From: Bacteroidota bacterium | GTDB lineage: Bacteria; Bacteroidota; Bacteroidia; NS11-12g; UBA955 | Assembly (NCBI GenBank): GCA_947496065.1 | Contig: CANMBF010000009.1 | Coordinates: forward strand, 2,955 to 66,954 | Direction: 5' to 3' | DNA: 64,000 bases | Shown here: piece by piece, positions 29,934 to 40,419 of the stretch | Layout: every line of letters starts with the position of its first letter | Position numbering within the stretch: the first letter of the stretch is position 1 | Notes under the pieces: model-generated | Database searches by the model: none | Seen by the model: the letters and a program-made list of their open reading frames with translations, nothing else | Told to the model about the DNA's origin: nothing | Translations under genes and position numbers: made by a program

Positions 29934-32900
29934 CTAGTGTGCAATCATTAAACGAACGTTGCCTATATTTTTAGTGGTATTAAATCGCAGCATATAAAGT
30001 CCCGCAGGCAATTGCTCTGTTGATATTATCAACTGTTGTGATTGTGGTGTAAACGTTGCTACCACCTTTCCGTCGGCTGTACTCAATTCGACCCATGCAA
30101 TGGCGTGAAAGGCTTGTATTTGAAATATTTGATCGGCAGGATTTGGATACACACGCCAACCTAAAATAGCTAATTCGTCAAGATCTCCACTCGGTGCTTC
30201 TTTCTCTATTTTTATTTTGTATAACTTGCTTACCAAACCATTTTGCGATTTCACTAAGAAAGGGATGGTATCCGTAAAATTATTGTTAGTAATACCACTC
30301 TTTTGCGCCACACTTAAAACACTCGCTTTGGCACTATCGCTCAAAGTAAATACGCCTGTTAAATTCGTTAAGTCGGTATTAAACGGCACTGTTATATTTA
30401 AAAATCCACCACCAGTTGTTTTGGTGATAACCCCAGTATCTGCAGGACTCGCCAAACAGTAGGTGAATAATTCAGCTTTATCGTTTTTCAGAACAGTGGC
30501 AGTAACATCATATATTTTAGAAAAATTGGTATCCTGTGCAATCACTTTGTATTTTAAAATACTTTTGTAATTGTTAGCAGAACTGCCACTAATTTGTTTC
30601 ACATTTTGCACATAAGCTGTAGCACTATCACTTACTTTAAAATTGGCCACTAAGGCACTCAATCCACTACCAAACGGCAAGGTTAAAGCCACTGTTCCCC
30701 CTGTCGTGCCAATAGTTGTAATGACCCCATTAACAGCAGGACTCTGTATACTGTATTGCAACAAATCGCACGATTGGCTTTTACCCATTTTAACATAAAC
30801 AATATAGGTTTTGCTAACCGTTGTGTCCTGCGCTATTACTTGATAAATCAATGGTGATGTAAAATCATTCAGCGTTAGGTTGCTGTTCTGTTTAATATTC
30901 GACACCTTAGCATTTGCGCTATCACTCAAAGTAAACCATGCTTTGATAGCTGTTAAATTTGTTCCATAAGGCACTGTTAAATTCACATTGCCTCCGCTGC
31001 CTGTTGGTGTTAGGGTGCCTGTAACAGCAGGACTCACAAACCCATAAGTCAACAAATCGCAAGCTGTATTTTTATTGGTATAAACCGTTACCGTATAGGT
31101 TTTGGTTAAAGTTATGTCCTTGGCTTTGATGGTATAGGTGACCACCGTTTTAAAATTATTTTTAGTGATAGAACTGCCCTGTAAAACCGCACCGATGTAG
31201 GCCGTTGAGGTATCACTTAAAGTGAAAGTTGCCATCAGTGAATCGCGTTTGGTACCGTAAGGTACATAACAACTAATGTTTCCTCCTGTTGGCGTTTGGG
31301 TGACAATATCCTTGGTACTCAAACCTGCAAAAGTGTAGGTCTTGATGCCCAAGAAAAATAGAGTTGAATCAGCGATGGCATTGTTGGTATTCCCTACCAA
31401 ATCAGCAAAGGCAGAAGCAGCAATATTTAAATTCACTTTGCCATTGTTAATCGGACTGATTTTAGCCGTATAAACCAAGGCACTTTGTTGTACAAAATTT
31501 GACAAAGTACCATTGCTTACTACAAGATCTTTGGCTTCAAAACCATCTAATATTTCTGAAGCTTTAAATGTGGCTATAAAACTATTGCCCACTGTCGGCT
31601 TAGGAATGTTAACGCTGAGCGAAGGTTTAGTTTTATCTATCATTACAGAATAATCTTCGCTTTGCCCATAACTTAAAGCACCACAAGGTGCGTTCACTGT
31701 TGCAAAATCGCTGACTACACGTAGTCGCAAAAACTTACTAGTTACTATAGGGTTCACTGGTATACTAATCGTGCATGATTGTTTGCCTTTGCCACTGCCA
31801 ATAGTACCTACTAATTCACCGGCATCGTTCATCACCCCATTGTTATTAAAATCGATGTAAATTTTTGCATTCTCATTGTTATAAGTACCGCTCGTTACAG
31901 AGGCCGTATAGGTATTACCTGCCTTTACAATGGTGGCATTGTTGCACGTAAAATCTTCGTAACTAAAAGCGCCTGCATTCGATGATTTATCGATGGTGTT
32001 CAATTCAAATCGATAAATACCGATGCCATAGCCCCCTAAAATATTTGTGGTCGTAATACAGGAAGCGGCAGTGCCCAAGCCCGCATAATTATACATGTTA
32101 CTTTTAGTGTTACTGCCTTTGGCATTGGATACAGTTAAACTGATGGTGTAATTGCCATAGGTATTAAATTGTACTTCCGCACGGCTCGATAAAGAATCAG
32201 TACCATTTACATACGACCAGCCTTTGGCCGGCAGTATTTGCCACCTTCTGTTGGCGGGCGAACCCATGGAATTATCCACCATGATCATCGCATTGGCACA
32301 AGTTTGTGAACTCGAATTCTGCACTGTAAAATCGGCCACAGGCGGTACCGAAGCGGTTTTGAATAAATCGGATTGCCAAATGCCGCGACCATAAGTGGCA
32401 ATGTGCAAGCGACCCTTGCTAGTGCCATCGCTCATGATTTCCATATCAGAAATTTGGGCAACAGTTGGCATGCCATTCGAAAAGTTAATCCAGTTCTTAT
32501 AAAATTTATTTCTGTAATACACCCCAAAAGCGGTGGCCACATACATGCTAGAGTCGTTTGATTTTTGATCCAATAAAAATTTAATCACAGTGACTGCTGG
32601 TAAATTTTTATTCAACAAACTCCAGTTATTGCCCTTATCATTGCTGCGTAAAATGCGCGATTGGGTGGTTACTATAATTACTAAATTGCTGTCATAATCG
32701 CAGGTTTCTATTTGCTTAATTTGCTCGCCGCTATTAAAAGGAAAAGCAACTGCAGAATAGTTTGGCGCAGCAGAATTTATATCGGTACTTCTGTATAAAA
32801 ACTGCGTGTTATAAGCCATATAGAAAGTACCTTTTGAAATCTTCGAATACGCCAAAGCATTTGGCGTTGTGTTGCCGCTGATATTGGATATTTGCGTCCA

Positions 32901-34364
32901 AGTAACACCACTTGCAGGATTGACCCTTAAATTGGAGGTGCGGTATAAGTTGGTCTTAATTTCAAATAACACATTGCTGTCTTTGGGATGCACTGCATAG
33001 ATGCCGCCTTGGCCATTAATACCAGCCGTTGCAAAGCTAGCAATGTTGCGTTTAATGCCCCCATTCTCATACAACATACTGCTATCAAAAGCATCGAAGG
33101 CAAAGTCGCCACCCCAGTCGCCACCGCGCACCGTATAAAACTTTTTATCAATGGCCACATCCATGCCATTGTCTTGCAAACCACCGATAATATAATCGTT
33201 GTACAAAACACTGTTGCCCATTTTATAAAATTCAGAGGCACTTAAGCCATCTTCTAAAGTTGTCCATTTATTACCACCATCTGTTGTGCGATCGATACCA
33301 CCATCGTGGTAAACAAATAATTTATTGCTATTAAAAGGCGAATACAAATAGCCGTGCTTATCGGCGTGCACACCATAAGCCCAAGGCGATTTCATGGTAA
33401 AATTAACACCCCCATTGGTCGATTTCCAAATACAAATGCCAGCCACAAAAATCGTATTGGCATCCTTTGGATCAACAGCTATTGCGAGGTTATAAGACCC
33501 TTGACCATCCATGCTGCTGCCATTGCTCGAATAACCCAACACATTGGGCGTGTCAACCTGCAAAGTAAAAGTCTTACCATTGTTTGTTGATTTATAAACC
33601 CCTCCAAATGGACTGGTTCCGCCACTCTTCCAAACCACACAATACAATCGATTGGTATCGCTTTGGCATACGCCGATTTTTATCCCTGCACAGGTAATGC
33701 TTGAATTGATATCAGATTGGGTCCAGGTATTACCATTATCATAAGAACGGTAAAAATAAGAATTGGTAGCTGCGTAAATAATTGTGTTGCTTTGCGGACG
33801 GTAATATAAGTCGCGGTAAGATGAATTTACAGTGGTTTTCTTCACCCATGTTTTGCCTGCATCGGTTGATTTGTAGATACCATTATAACATGCTGCAATT
33901 AATATATTCGTATCATTAGGTGTATAGCGAATATAAGACACCAATTGATTACCAATGCCGCCTGTGGTTTGAAACCAAGTAGCACCCCCATCGTTGGTTC
34001 GCCATACACCGAGGCCACCGCCATTGTAATTGGCATCACCTGTACCTAATATCATTACTTTAGGATTGAGTTTATTGATGGCCAATGAAGCACAAGCAGT
34101 TTGAGGCAAGCCATCACTTATGGGGCGCCAAGTAGCACCTTCGTTCGAAGATTTAAAAACGCCACCAGATGCGGTTACTGCAAATAAAATATTGGAATCG
34201 GTAGGGTGATAAACCAATTCACAAACGCGGCCCATACCAGTCGTTTGTACACTGGGATTATCAGGAAATTTAACGGGCCCTACTTGGGTAAAATTGGCCA
34301 AGTTTTGGGCTTTACATATTGTAAAAATGGTCAATAAAAAAAGGCTGCTTAAAATCTGTCTCAT
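29934..34364 (-). CDS. T9SS-secreted BNR/VPS10 beta-propeller protein with PKD, GEVED, Ig-like and four DUF5018-like repeats (start MRQIL at 34364)
   Basis: Asp-box repeats S.D.G.TW, VHADKH, GGLQDNG, ATYGRGIW, GQSEDY, VYPNPA CTD. Confidence 0.85.
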   Translation of the reverse strand: MRQILSSLFLLTIFTICKAQNLANFTQVGPVKFPDNPSVQTTGMGRVCELVYHPTDSNILFAVTASGGVFKSSNEGATWRPISDGLPQTACASLAINKLNPKVMILGTGDANYNGGGLGVWRTNDGGATWFQTTGGIGNQLVSYIRYTPNDTNILIAACYNGIYKSTDAGKTWVKKTTVNSSYRDLYYRPQSNTIIYAATNSYFYRSYDNGNTWTQSDINSSITCAGIKIGVCQSDTNRLYCVVWKSGGTSPFGGVYKSTNNGKTFTLQVDTPNVLGYSSNGSSMDGQGSYNLAIAVDPKDANTIFVAGICIWKSTNGGVNFTMKSPWAYGVHADKHGYLYSPFNSNKLFVYHDGGIDRTTDGGNKWTTLEDGLSASEFYKMGNSVLYNDYIIGGLQDNGMDVAIDKKFYTVRGGDWGGDFAFDAFDSSMLYENGGIKRNIASFATAGINGQGGIYAVHPKDSNVLFEIKTNLYRTSNLRVNPASGVTWTQISNISGNTTPNALAYSKISKGTFYMAYNTQFLYRSTDINSAAPNYSAVAFPFNSGEQIKQIETCDYDSNLVIIVTTQSRILRSNDKGNNWSLLNKNLPAVTVIKFLLDQKSNDSSMYVATAFGVYYRNKFYKNWINFSNGMPTVAQISDMEIMSDGTSKGRLHIATYGRGIWQSDLFKTASVPPVADFTVQNSSSQTCANAMIMVDNSMGSPANRRWQILPAKGWSYVNGTDSLSSRAEVQFNTYGNYTISLTVSNAKGSNTKSNMYNYAGLGTAASCITTTNILGGYGIGIYRFELNTIDKSSNAGAFSYEDFTCNNATIVKAGNTYTASVTSGTYNNENAKIYIDFNNNGVMNDAGELVGTIGSGKGKQSCTISIPVNPIVTSKFLRLRVVSDFATVNAPCGALSYGQSEDYSVMIDKTKPSLSVNIPKPTVGNSFIATFKASEILDGFEAKDLVVSNGTLSNFVQQSALVYTAKISPINNGKVNLNIAASAFADLVGNTNNAIADSTLFFLGIKTYTFAGLSTKDIVTQTPTGGNISCYVPYGTKRDSLMATFTLSDTSTAYIGAVLQGSSITKNNFKTVVTYTIKAKDITLTKTYTVTVYTNKNTACDLLTYGFVSPAVTGTLTPTGSGGNVNLTVPYGTNLTAIKAWFTLSDSANAKVSNIKQNSNLTLNDFTSPLIYQVIAQDTTVSKTYIVYVKMGKSQSCDLLQYSIQSPAVNGVITTIGTTGGTVALTLPFGSGLSALVANFKVSDSATAYVQNVKQISGSSANNYKSILKYKVIAQDTNFSKIYDVTATVLKNDKAELFTYCLASPADTGVITKTTGGGFLNITVPFNTDLTNLTGVFTLSDSAKASVLSVAQKSGITNNNFTDTIPFLVKSQNGLVSKLYKIKIEKEAPSGDLDELAILGWRVYPNPADQIFQIQAFHAIAWVELSTADGKVVATFTPQSQQLIISTEQLPAGLYMLRFNTTKNIGNVRLMIAH
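30200..31360 (-). repeat. Four ~97-aa intragenic Ig-like repeats
   Basis: FTLSD/FKVSD..A units recur at ~291-294 bp spacing. Confidence 0.8.
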
Positions 34365-34816
34365 CGGGTTAAAGTATCGTTTTTGGTTTTCTTCCATTGC
34401 TCTAGTTGTTCTTCGGGGGTCATGATGGTGCCATCTGGTTTTACGAGGTTTTTATTGCGTTGCTGCCAATTTAAAAAGCGCTTGTATTCATAGACGTAAT
34501 CAATGGGTTTGGCAGGTGCATCTTTGTCCTTGTCTTTTTCTTCTTTAAAAAGATCTTGTCCTTCCCCATCTTCCTCGGTAGGTTTTTCTTTATCGGCCCA
34601 GTAAGCTTCGAAAGAAGCGACTGCTTTGTAGTAGTTCACACCAGTGCTATCCATCATGGTGAGCCATAACTTATCGTCTATTTTGGGTGTTATCTGCACC
34701 TTAGCAATCTCAGGTGTTGCAGGTGCTTTGCTCTTACAAGCCATGTTAAAAAGCAAGCAGGCAAAGCCACCGAAGGCAATTAATTTTATATAAATCTTTG
34801 AAGGCATGAAGTACAA
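34361..34816 (-). CDS. Hypothetical lipoprotein, translationally coupled to the BNR protein
   Basis: Lipobox-like NMAC; stop overlaps the next start (ATGA at 34361-34364). Confidence 0.75.
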   Translation of the reverse strand: MYFMPSKIYIKLIAFGGFACLLFNMACKSKAPATPEIAKVQITPKIDDKLWLTMMDSTGVNYYKAVASFEAYWADKEKPTEEDGEGQDLFKEEKDKDKDAPAKPIDYVYEYKRFLNWQQRNKNLVKPDGTIMTPEEQLEQWKKTKNDTLTR

Positions 34817-34929
34817 AAATAATTCATTTTATGAATTTTATATTTTTAAATTTTATGCCTTACTATTTACCGTTTAGTAACTTCTCATTTTAAATTGAAT
34901 GATTTTTGGTTTATTTTATCTTTTCGAAA

Positions 34930-34953
34930 AAAACATACCACTCGGTATGTTTT
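34930..34953. promoter_or_regulatory. Palindrome AAAACATACC-N4-GGTATGTTTT (copy 1 of 4)
   Basis: Perfect 10-bp arms; near-copies at 37211, 39622 and 39735. Confidence 0.6.
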
Positions 34954-35127
34954 CTTACCCATCCTTTTTTCCTAAGCCATTGTTAGTGTTTATCCCCAAC
35001 AATTTTCGCAAGCCTCGTGGCATTATGCGAACAACATTCAACCCGCCTGTGGTGGATTGCTTAAAATTCACGTAACCATTTTTTTCTTCTATTTTGAAAT
35101 TTCAATATCGCTTATTATTTTGCAAAC

Positions 35128-35153
35128 CATTCTTCGACAAGCTCAGAATGACA
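35128..35153. repeat. REP-like short hairpin
   Basis: cattct-tcgacaagctc-agaatg-aca, resembling flavobacterial cttcgac..gctcag..tgaca REPs. Confidence 0.55.
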
Positions 35154-35210
35154 TCACTCGGTCGTCCTGCTTTGATAGCTTTTGGTAAAGAGTGACAGGC
35201 AAATGAATGA

Positions 35211-37121
35211 ATGATGATAATAAATGAAAAACCTACCCTAAGACTAGGTATCTGCATGGCAGGTGCTGTATCAGCAGGCGCTTATACTGCTGGTGTATTG
35301 GATTATCTGTTCGAGGCCCTCGATGAATGGGAGAAAGCCAAAGCCCTCAACTTGCCCGGCGTGCCGCGTCACCAGGTGCGCATTGAAGTGCTCAGCGGTG
35401 CCTCAGCCGGCGGTATGACAGCTGCTATCGCTTCGGCGGCTTTGCAAACCCAATTTCCGCCCATCAACCAAAAAAATCATACCGACTATCATCTCAATCA
35501 ACAAAATCCCTTTTACCATTCTTGGGTGAATTTAAGCGAAACACCCGAAAGCGATATGATGCAGCAAATGTTGCAAACGGATGATATCGTCAACGACCCC
35601 AAAGGTAATGCCCACCAAGAAGTGCGCGCAGGTTTTAATTCTTCTTTTATCGATACCATCGCCTACCGCGCTTTGGGACATACAGTCAAAGATCCTAATA
35701 TTAAACGCCCATACCTAGCGACCGATTTCGAGTTCTTAACCACGCTTACTAATTTAAGAGGTTATGAATACAATCTTAAATTTATTACAGAACAAGGCCG
35801 TAGGGAACACCGTATGAAAATGCACCGCGACTTTGCCCATTTTCAATACAACGTATCTGAAGCCTATGGTGACGATGGCAAAATACCCTTTCACTTTAAT
35901 GATAAAGAAGGATGTAACAGAGATTTACTCATCAATACCGCCATGGCCACTGGCGCCTTTCCTGTTGGCTTGGCCCCTAGGGTTTTGCAACGCGATGCCA
36001 AATATATTAACGACAGTCCCCTGCTGCGTATCGACAACAACAATACCACTTTGGTAGACCCGCTACACCCTTATGTCAACGTGAATGTAGATGGTGGTGC
36101 CATTAACAACGAACCCTTTGATTTAACAGAACAAATACTCATTAACCGTAGAAAAAGCGACATTAAAAATGAAGTGTTTGCTAACCTACCCACCTCTGGT
36201 TTGAACGATGCCGATAGGAATAATGCGATTGAAGCTGCCCTTAAATCTGCCGATGCTTATGTGCAAGAAGTAGCGCCTAGTAGCTTCGATACGACGGTAA
36301 TCATGATAGATCCATTTCCTAACTTTAACGAAATACCAAATGGCAATTACTTGCCTTTAAAAGCTTTGAAGTTTGCCGCACCCGATATACTTGGTGCAAT
36401 GCGCGAACAGTTAATGTTAAAGGTCGATCAAATAAAAACCACCTACTCTGACAATGATTACAGTCGCTTTATGATAGCGCCCATCCGCAAAAAAAATGGG
36501 GTACAACAATTGTATAGCATTGCCTGTGGTTCATTTGGCGGCTTTGGTGGTTTCTTTAGCAAGGCCTTTCGCGAGCATGATTATATGTTGGGTCGCAGAA
36601 ACTGTCAGCGTTTTATTCAACGGTATTTATGTGTGCCCATGGATGAGAAAAATCTGATACTCGTATTTGGTTATGAAGGCATGGAACAAGCGTACCGTTT
36701 TGAAAGTGCCAATCAAAAATATTATTTACCACTGATTCCCGATATCCGTGTAAAAACTGATGCCAATGGAACTGTCACTGTTGTAACCCCATCTGAAGAA
36801 ATTGAGTTCGCTTATCCGAAAGTAAAATTAAGCTATCTCTTAAGTTTGCGCAAGCCATTGATGAACCGATTTAGTGCATTGGTAGACAACCTCACCAATG
36901 GCAAAGACCCCTTGAGAGAAGAGGAAATAAGTCCGGTTTTACAACGCATTCGCAAACGCAGTTTTTTACAAAATTTTTTGCTTCACCGTTTCTTAAAAAC
37001 AGCCACTCATTTGTATTTATCCATTGGCAAATTTTTCGGTAGAGGTGCCGCAGCCGACTATTTTTTAGATGCCGTGATAGATGATATGGAGAAAAGGGAG
37101 CTGTTAGAGGAAGACGTCTGA
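35211..37121 (+). CDS. Patatin-like phospholipase
   Basis: AGAVSAGAY oxyanion loop, GASAG nucleophile elbow, GAFP, DGG. Confidence 0.88.
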   Translation: MMIINEKPTLRLGICMAGAVSAGAYTAGVLDYLFEALDEWEKAKALNLPGVPRHQVRIEVLSGASAGGMTAAIASAALQTQFPPINQKNHTDYHLNQQNPFYHSWVNLSETPESDMMQQMLQTDDIVNDPKGNAHQEVRAGFNSSFIDTIAYRALGHTVKDPNIKRPYLATDFEFLTTLTNLRGYEYNLKFITEQGRREHRMKMHRDFAHFQYNVSEAYGDDGKIPFHFNDKEGCNRDLLINTAMATGAFPVGLAPRVLQRDAKYINDSPLLRIDNNNTTLVDPLHPYVNVNVDGGAINNEPFDLTEQILINRRKSDIKNEVFANLPTSGLNDADRNNAIEAALKSADAYVQEVAPSSFDTTVIMIDPFPNFNEIPNGNYLPLKALKFAAPDILGAMREQLMLKVDQIKTTYSDNDYSRFMIAPIRKKNGVQQLYSIACGSFGGFGGFFSKAFREHDYMLGRRNCQRFIQRYLCVPMDEKNLILVFGYEGMEQAYRFESANQKYYLPLIPDIRVKTDANGTVTVVTPSEEIEFAYPKVKLSYLLSLRKPLMNRFSALVDNLTNGKDPLREEEISPVLQRIRKRSFLQNFLLHRFLKTATHLYLSIGKFFGRGAAADYFLDAVIDDMEKRELLEEDV

Positions 37122-37547
37122 TCGAAATTTTAGGCCTTATGCGTTTGGATGGCGACGGTACCTTGTTGTTTAAATCGTCCGCTTCTTTCATTAGTTTTTA
37201 GAAGCAATTTAAAACATACCAATCGGTATTTTTTTTACCACTATACATATGCCCCACAAGGACAAATGGTCTAAAAAAAGAAACGTATCTCTTGGATTTT
37301 ATATCCCTTTGGTATACCTGATGACCATTGTTGGTGTTTTTTGCTTTGCAAAAGAATGGCTTTATTTCGCACAAAAGTAGTTCAGTAAACATTTACAAAA
37401 CAAGGATGGCCTTGCAAGTCAATCTTAATTTAATTATTTAGATTTAAAAAAAATGAAATAAAACAATCATTTTTTCACTATTGTCTTTTATATTGCTAAA
37501 GTTTTATTCCATCCTTATCAATTTTAACTAATAAACCTTAAAATAAA

Positions 37548-38558
37548 ATGACAGAAAAATTAAACTACCAAGAAAAATTCGTTTCAAAACTTAAATCAAT
37601 TGTTGCTAGCAATCTTAATTTAGCAGAGGAACTCGCCGATTTATTGAATATTTCTAACGATTCTGTCTACCGTCGCTTACGAGGTCAATCAGCATTTACG
37701 ATTGATGAAGTTGGTAAAATTTCCGAAAAATATGATCTGCCAATGGAAAGCATCTTCAGCACATCCAAGGAACATGTAAGTTTTAATTTCAATCCACTGT
37801 ACGCTCAAACAAATAATTTTTTTACATACATGCGTTGGTATGCGGATTACTTAACAAGTCTGGCTGGAGTGCCTGGCACGCGCATCATCTATGCGGCTGA
37901 CGATGTGCCTGTGTTAAGACATTTTAATTTTCCTAATTTAGCAGCATTCAAAGCATTTTATTGGAGCAAGGCAGTACTTAATATTAATTATTTACCCAAT
38001 GACAAATTTAAACTCAATGCAATTCCTCCGGAATTAGTTGAACTTAATAAAAAAACTGCTTTGGCTTATGCCAAATTAGATTGCACAGAAATATGGACCA
38101 ATGAAACCATCACAAGCACTTTAAAACAAGTACAATATTATTGGGAATGTAATTTTTTTGAATCCAATGCAGATGTGCTATTGATAATTAATGAGATTCG
38201 ACAAATGATTCATCAAATGAATAAAGAATGTGAAGACAACGAAAATGAAAACAGGCAGCGAATTGGTCATTTTATGTTATATAATTCAGATGTCATGATT
38301 GGCAATAATTGTGTTTTAGTTGAACCAGGTAATCCACAACATTCCAAACGTGTTTTTCTTGGCTACAACACTTTTAACACTTTGTCTACTACTGATAACG
38401 CATTCATAGATGAAACCAGCGCATGGATGAACAACCTACTCAAAAAATCAATCCTACTGACCGGCAGTGGTGAAAAACAGCGCTCCATATTCTTTAGAAA
38501 AATGCTTGAAAAGTTAAATGGGCTTGAAAATACCATTACAAATCAAGGCTCGTTGTAA
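37548..38558 (+). CDS. HTH transcriptional regulator with Bacteroidota-type C-terminal domain
   Basis: ELADLLNISNDSVYRRLRG HTH; C-terminal R..FF. Confidence 0.85.
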   Translation: MTEKLNYQEKFVSKLKSIVASNLNLAEELADLLNISNDSVYRRLRGQSAFTIDEVGKISEKYDLPMESIFSTSKEHVSFNFNPLYAQTNNFFTYMRWYADYLTSLAGVPGTRIIYAADDVPVLRHFNFPNLAAFKAFYWSKAVLNINYLPNDKFKLNAIPPELVELNKKTALAYAKLDCTEIWTNETITSTLKQVQYYWECNFFESNADVLLIINEIRQMIHQMNKECEDNENENRQRIGHFMLYNSDVMIGNNCVLVEPGNPQHSKRVFLGYNTFNTLSTTDNAFIDETSAWMNNLLKKSILLTGSGEKQRSIFFRKMLEKLNGLENTITNQGSL

Positions 38559-38683
38559 AATTACTCATAGAACGTGTGATTTTTGCAATTTAAACTTGCT
38601 GAATATCTTAAATAAGCAAAAAATGCAAAAAATTTCCGACGCTCAGTCTAAAACGCCAATATCTGATAAAAAAATGAACGCTA

Positions 38684-39487
38684 TTGTTTAAAATCAATTT
38701 TAGATGCCATAATATTGAAAATAGATTTGTTTCAAATATTATTAAAATGGTCAATCACAAACATTTTAGAGCCATTATACTACCAATGTGCCTAATGGTA
38801 TTATTGAGCGAATCTTGTGTAAGTATTCAAAAAATGAGATATACAAGGGGCTTACATTTCGATTTTACATCTATTGGCAAGTCTTATCAAACAGCAGAAT
38901 CACCTAAACAGGCTAATCTTGCTAAAAAAAATAAAATCCAAAAGCTAGTTAACTCAAAAGATTCTTCCTTCATTGGGAGTGTCAATTGTATTGAAAAAAC
39001 AACTATAACTGAAAGTAAGGAGGAGGTGTTAATTGGGCAAAACAAGGGGTCTAAAAGTAGGCACAACGTTAGCAATTACAATAATAAATCAGCTCCATTA
39101 TATTTTAATGCTTTTAATGATACCCCTGTTAACTCTTCATCTAGCTTACAGCAATTCTCTATTCAAACAGATGAGATCATTTATTCTGAAGGTAAATTAA
39201 ACAGAGGCAAAATTATGCTTCTCTCATTATTAAGCAATATACTTGCGGCCATTGCTTTGTTCACCTTGATTTGGGTGATAAGTGGTGGATCCGGACTTTT
39301 TTTAATTCTTGGACTGTTATTTGCGGCCGGCGGAGTAATGGCCGCAGGATATGGTTTTGAAGAATCCCAATACCATTCAGATTCGTTCCAACTCTTATTC
39401 ATGATTTGTAGTTTTCCTGGCTTACTAATCAATGTCAGTATTTTACTTATGATATTATTAACAGGAGGTACACTAAAAATCAATTAA
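38684..39487 (+). CDS. Hypothetical membrane protein with three C-terminal TMs (start may be further downstream)
   Basis: Possible lipobox SESC, low-complexity linker, hydrophobic C-terminus. Confidence 0.6.
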   Translation: MFKINFRCHNIENRFVSNIIKMVNHKHFRAIILPMCLMVLLSESCVSIQKMRYTRGLHFDFTSIGKSYQTAESPKQANLAKKNKIQKLVNSKDSSFIGSVNCIEKTTITESKEEVLIGQNKGSKSRHNVSNYNNKSAPLYFNAFNDTPVNSSSSLQQFSIQTDEIIYSEGKLNRGKIMLLSLLSNILAAIALFTLIWVISGGSGLFLILGLLFAAGGVMAAGYGFEESQYHSDSFQLLFMICSFPGLLINVSILLMILLTGGTLKIN

Positions 39488-39981
39488 AAAGTTAGAGCAC
39501 AAGAAAGATTTTTCATTGTGCCATTTTTGGTGTTTCATTCCAATAATTTGCCCCTTTCCTTTGGCGATGGATAAAAAACATTCAACCGTGCTGCCAAGCG
39601 TTAGTATTTGTGATATTATTAAAAACACACCATTAGGTATGTTTTTAATAATGCCGATTTTGTTGGGTATAACCCCTACGGGGTATGATAACAGTCTTCT
39701 ATTCTGATTGCCTCCATTCGAAAATATTTTAAAAAAAACATACCAACCAGTATGTTTTTCCATTTTTCGCGTAGCGAATAGATGTCTGTAAAATAAAATC
39801 TCGCACTTACATCTCATATCCCGTAGGGATTATACAAAGCCATTGTTGGTATTTCTCATCAAAAAACTCTGCTTTCCATCTTTCCCACCCTCACCATATC
39901 AAAAAATCAAAAAATCCGAGAATTTTAAAATCAAATTTCAAAAAATACTTTAACTTCGTTTTAGAAAGCCCGAAAAATACC

Positions 39982-40419
39982 ATGCATTATTTTTTACAAA
40001 GTACCCACTCCATCATCCGATGGCTGGTGCTCTTAGGTGCCATATTAGCCATTGTATTGCCCTACTTGGCGAGTAACGTATATGCAACACGCGTTAATAA
40101 ATGGCCGGCTTTGTTCTATGTCATAACCTGCGATATGCAATTGGTCATTGGTATACCCCTCTATTTTGTATACAGCAGTTATGGGGCTTCGGCTTTTCGC
40201 CAAGGTGTCGATAAAGTGATGCACACCGAAGCGCTGCGTAGCATTGCCATCGAACATTTCGCTATTACTTGCATTGCCTTCATATTCGTTCACATTGGGT
40301 ATTTTAAAATTCGCAAAAGCCAAACCGTCGATCGCATTCGCAAAATTAGTTTGCTGTATTTTAGCATTTCTATTCTCTTAATGTTGGCTGCTATTCCTTG
40401 GAGCCGCATCATGGTTTAA
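39982..40419 (+). CDS. 4-TM membrane protein of the Bacteroidota 'cytochrome B'-annotated family
   Basis: HS..RWLVL, QL..G, EH, HIG, IPW motifs. Confidence 0.75.
   Translation: MHYFLQSTHSIIRWLVLLGAILAIVLPYLASNVYATRVNKWPALFYVITCDMQLVIGIPLYFVYSSYGASAFRQGVDKVMHTEALRSIAIEHFAITCIAFIFVHIGYFKIRKSQTVDRIRKISLLYFSISILLMLAAIPWSRIMV

Noticed and set aside
35211-37121. CBASS system
   Set aside because: No CD-NTase or cap2/cap3 genes nearby.
39473-39817. 114-aa and 63-aa ORFs
   Set aside because: They overlap palindrome/REP-rich spacer DNA and have no protein-like features.
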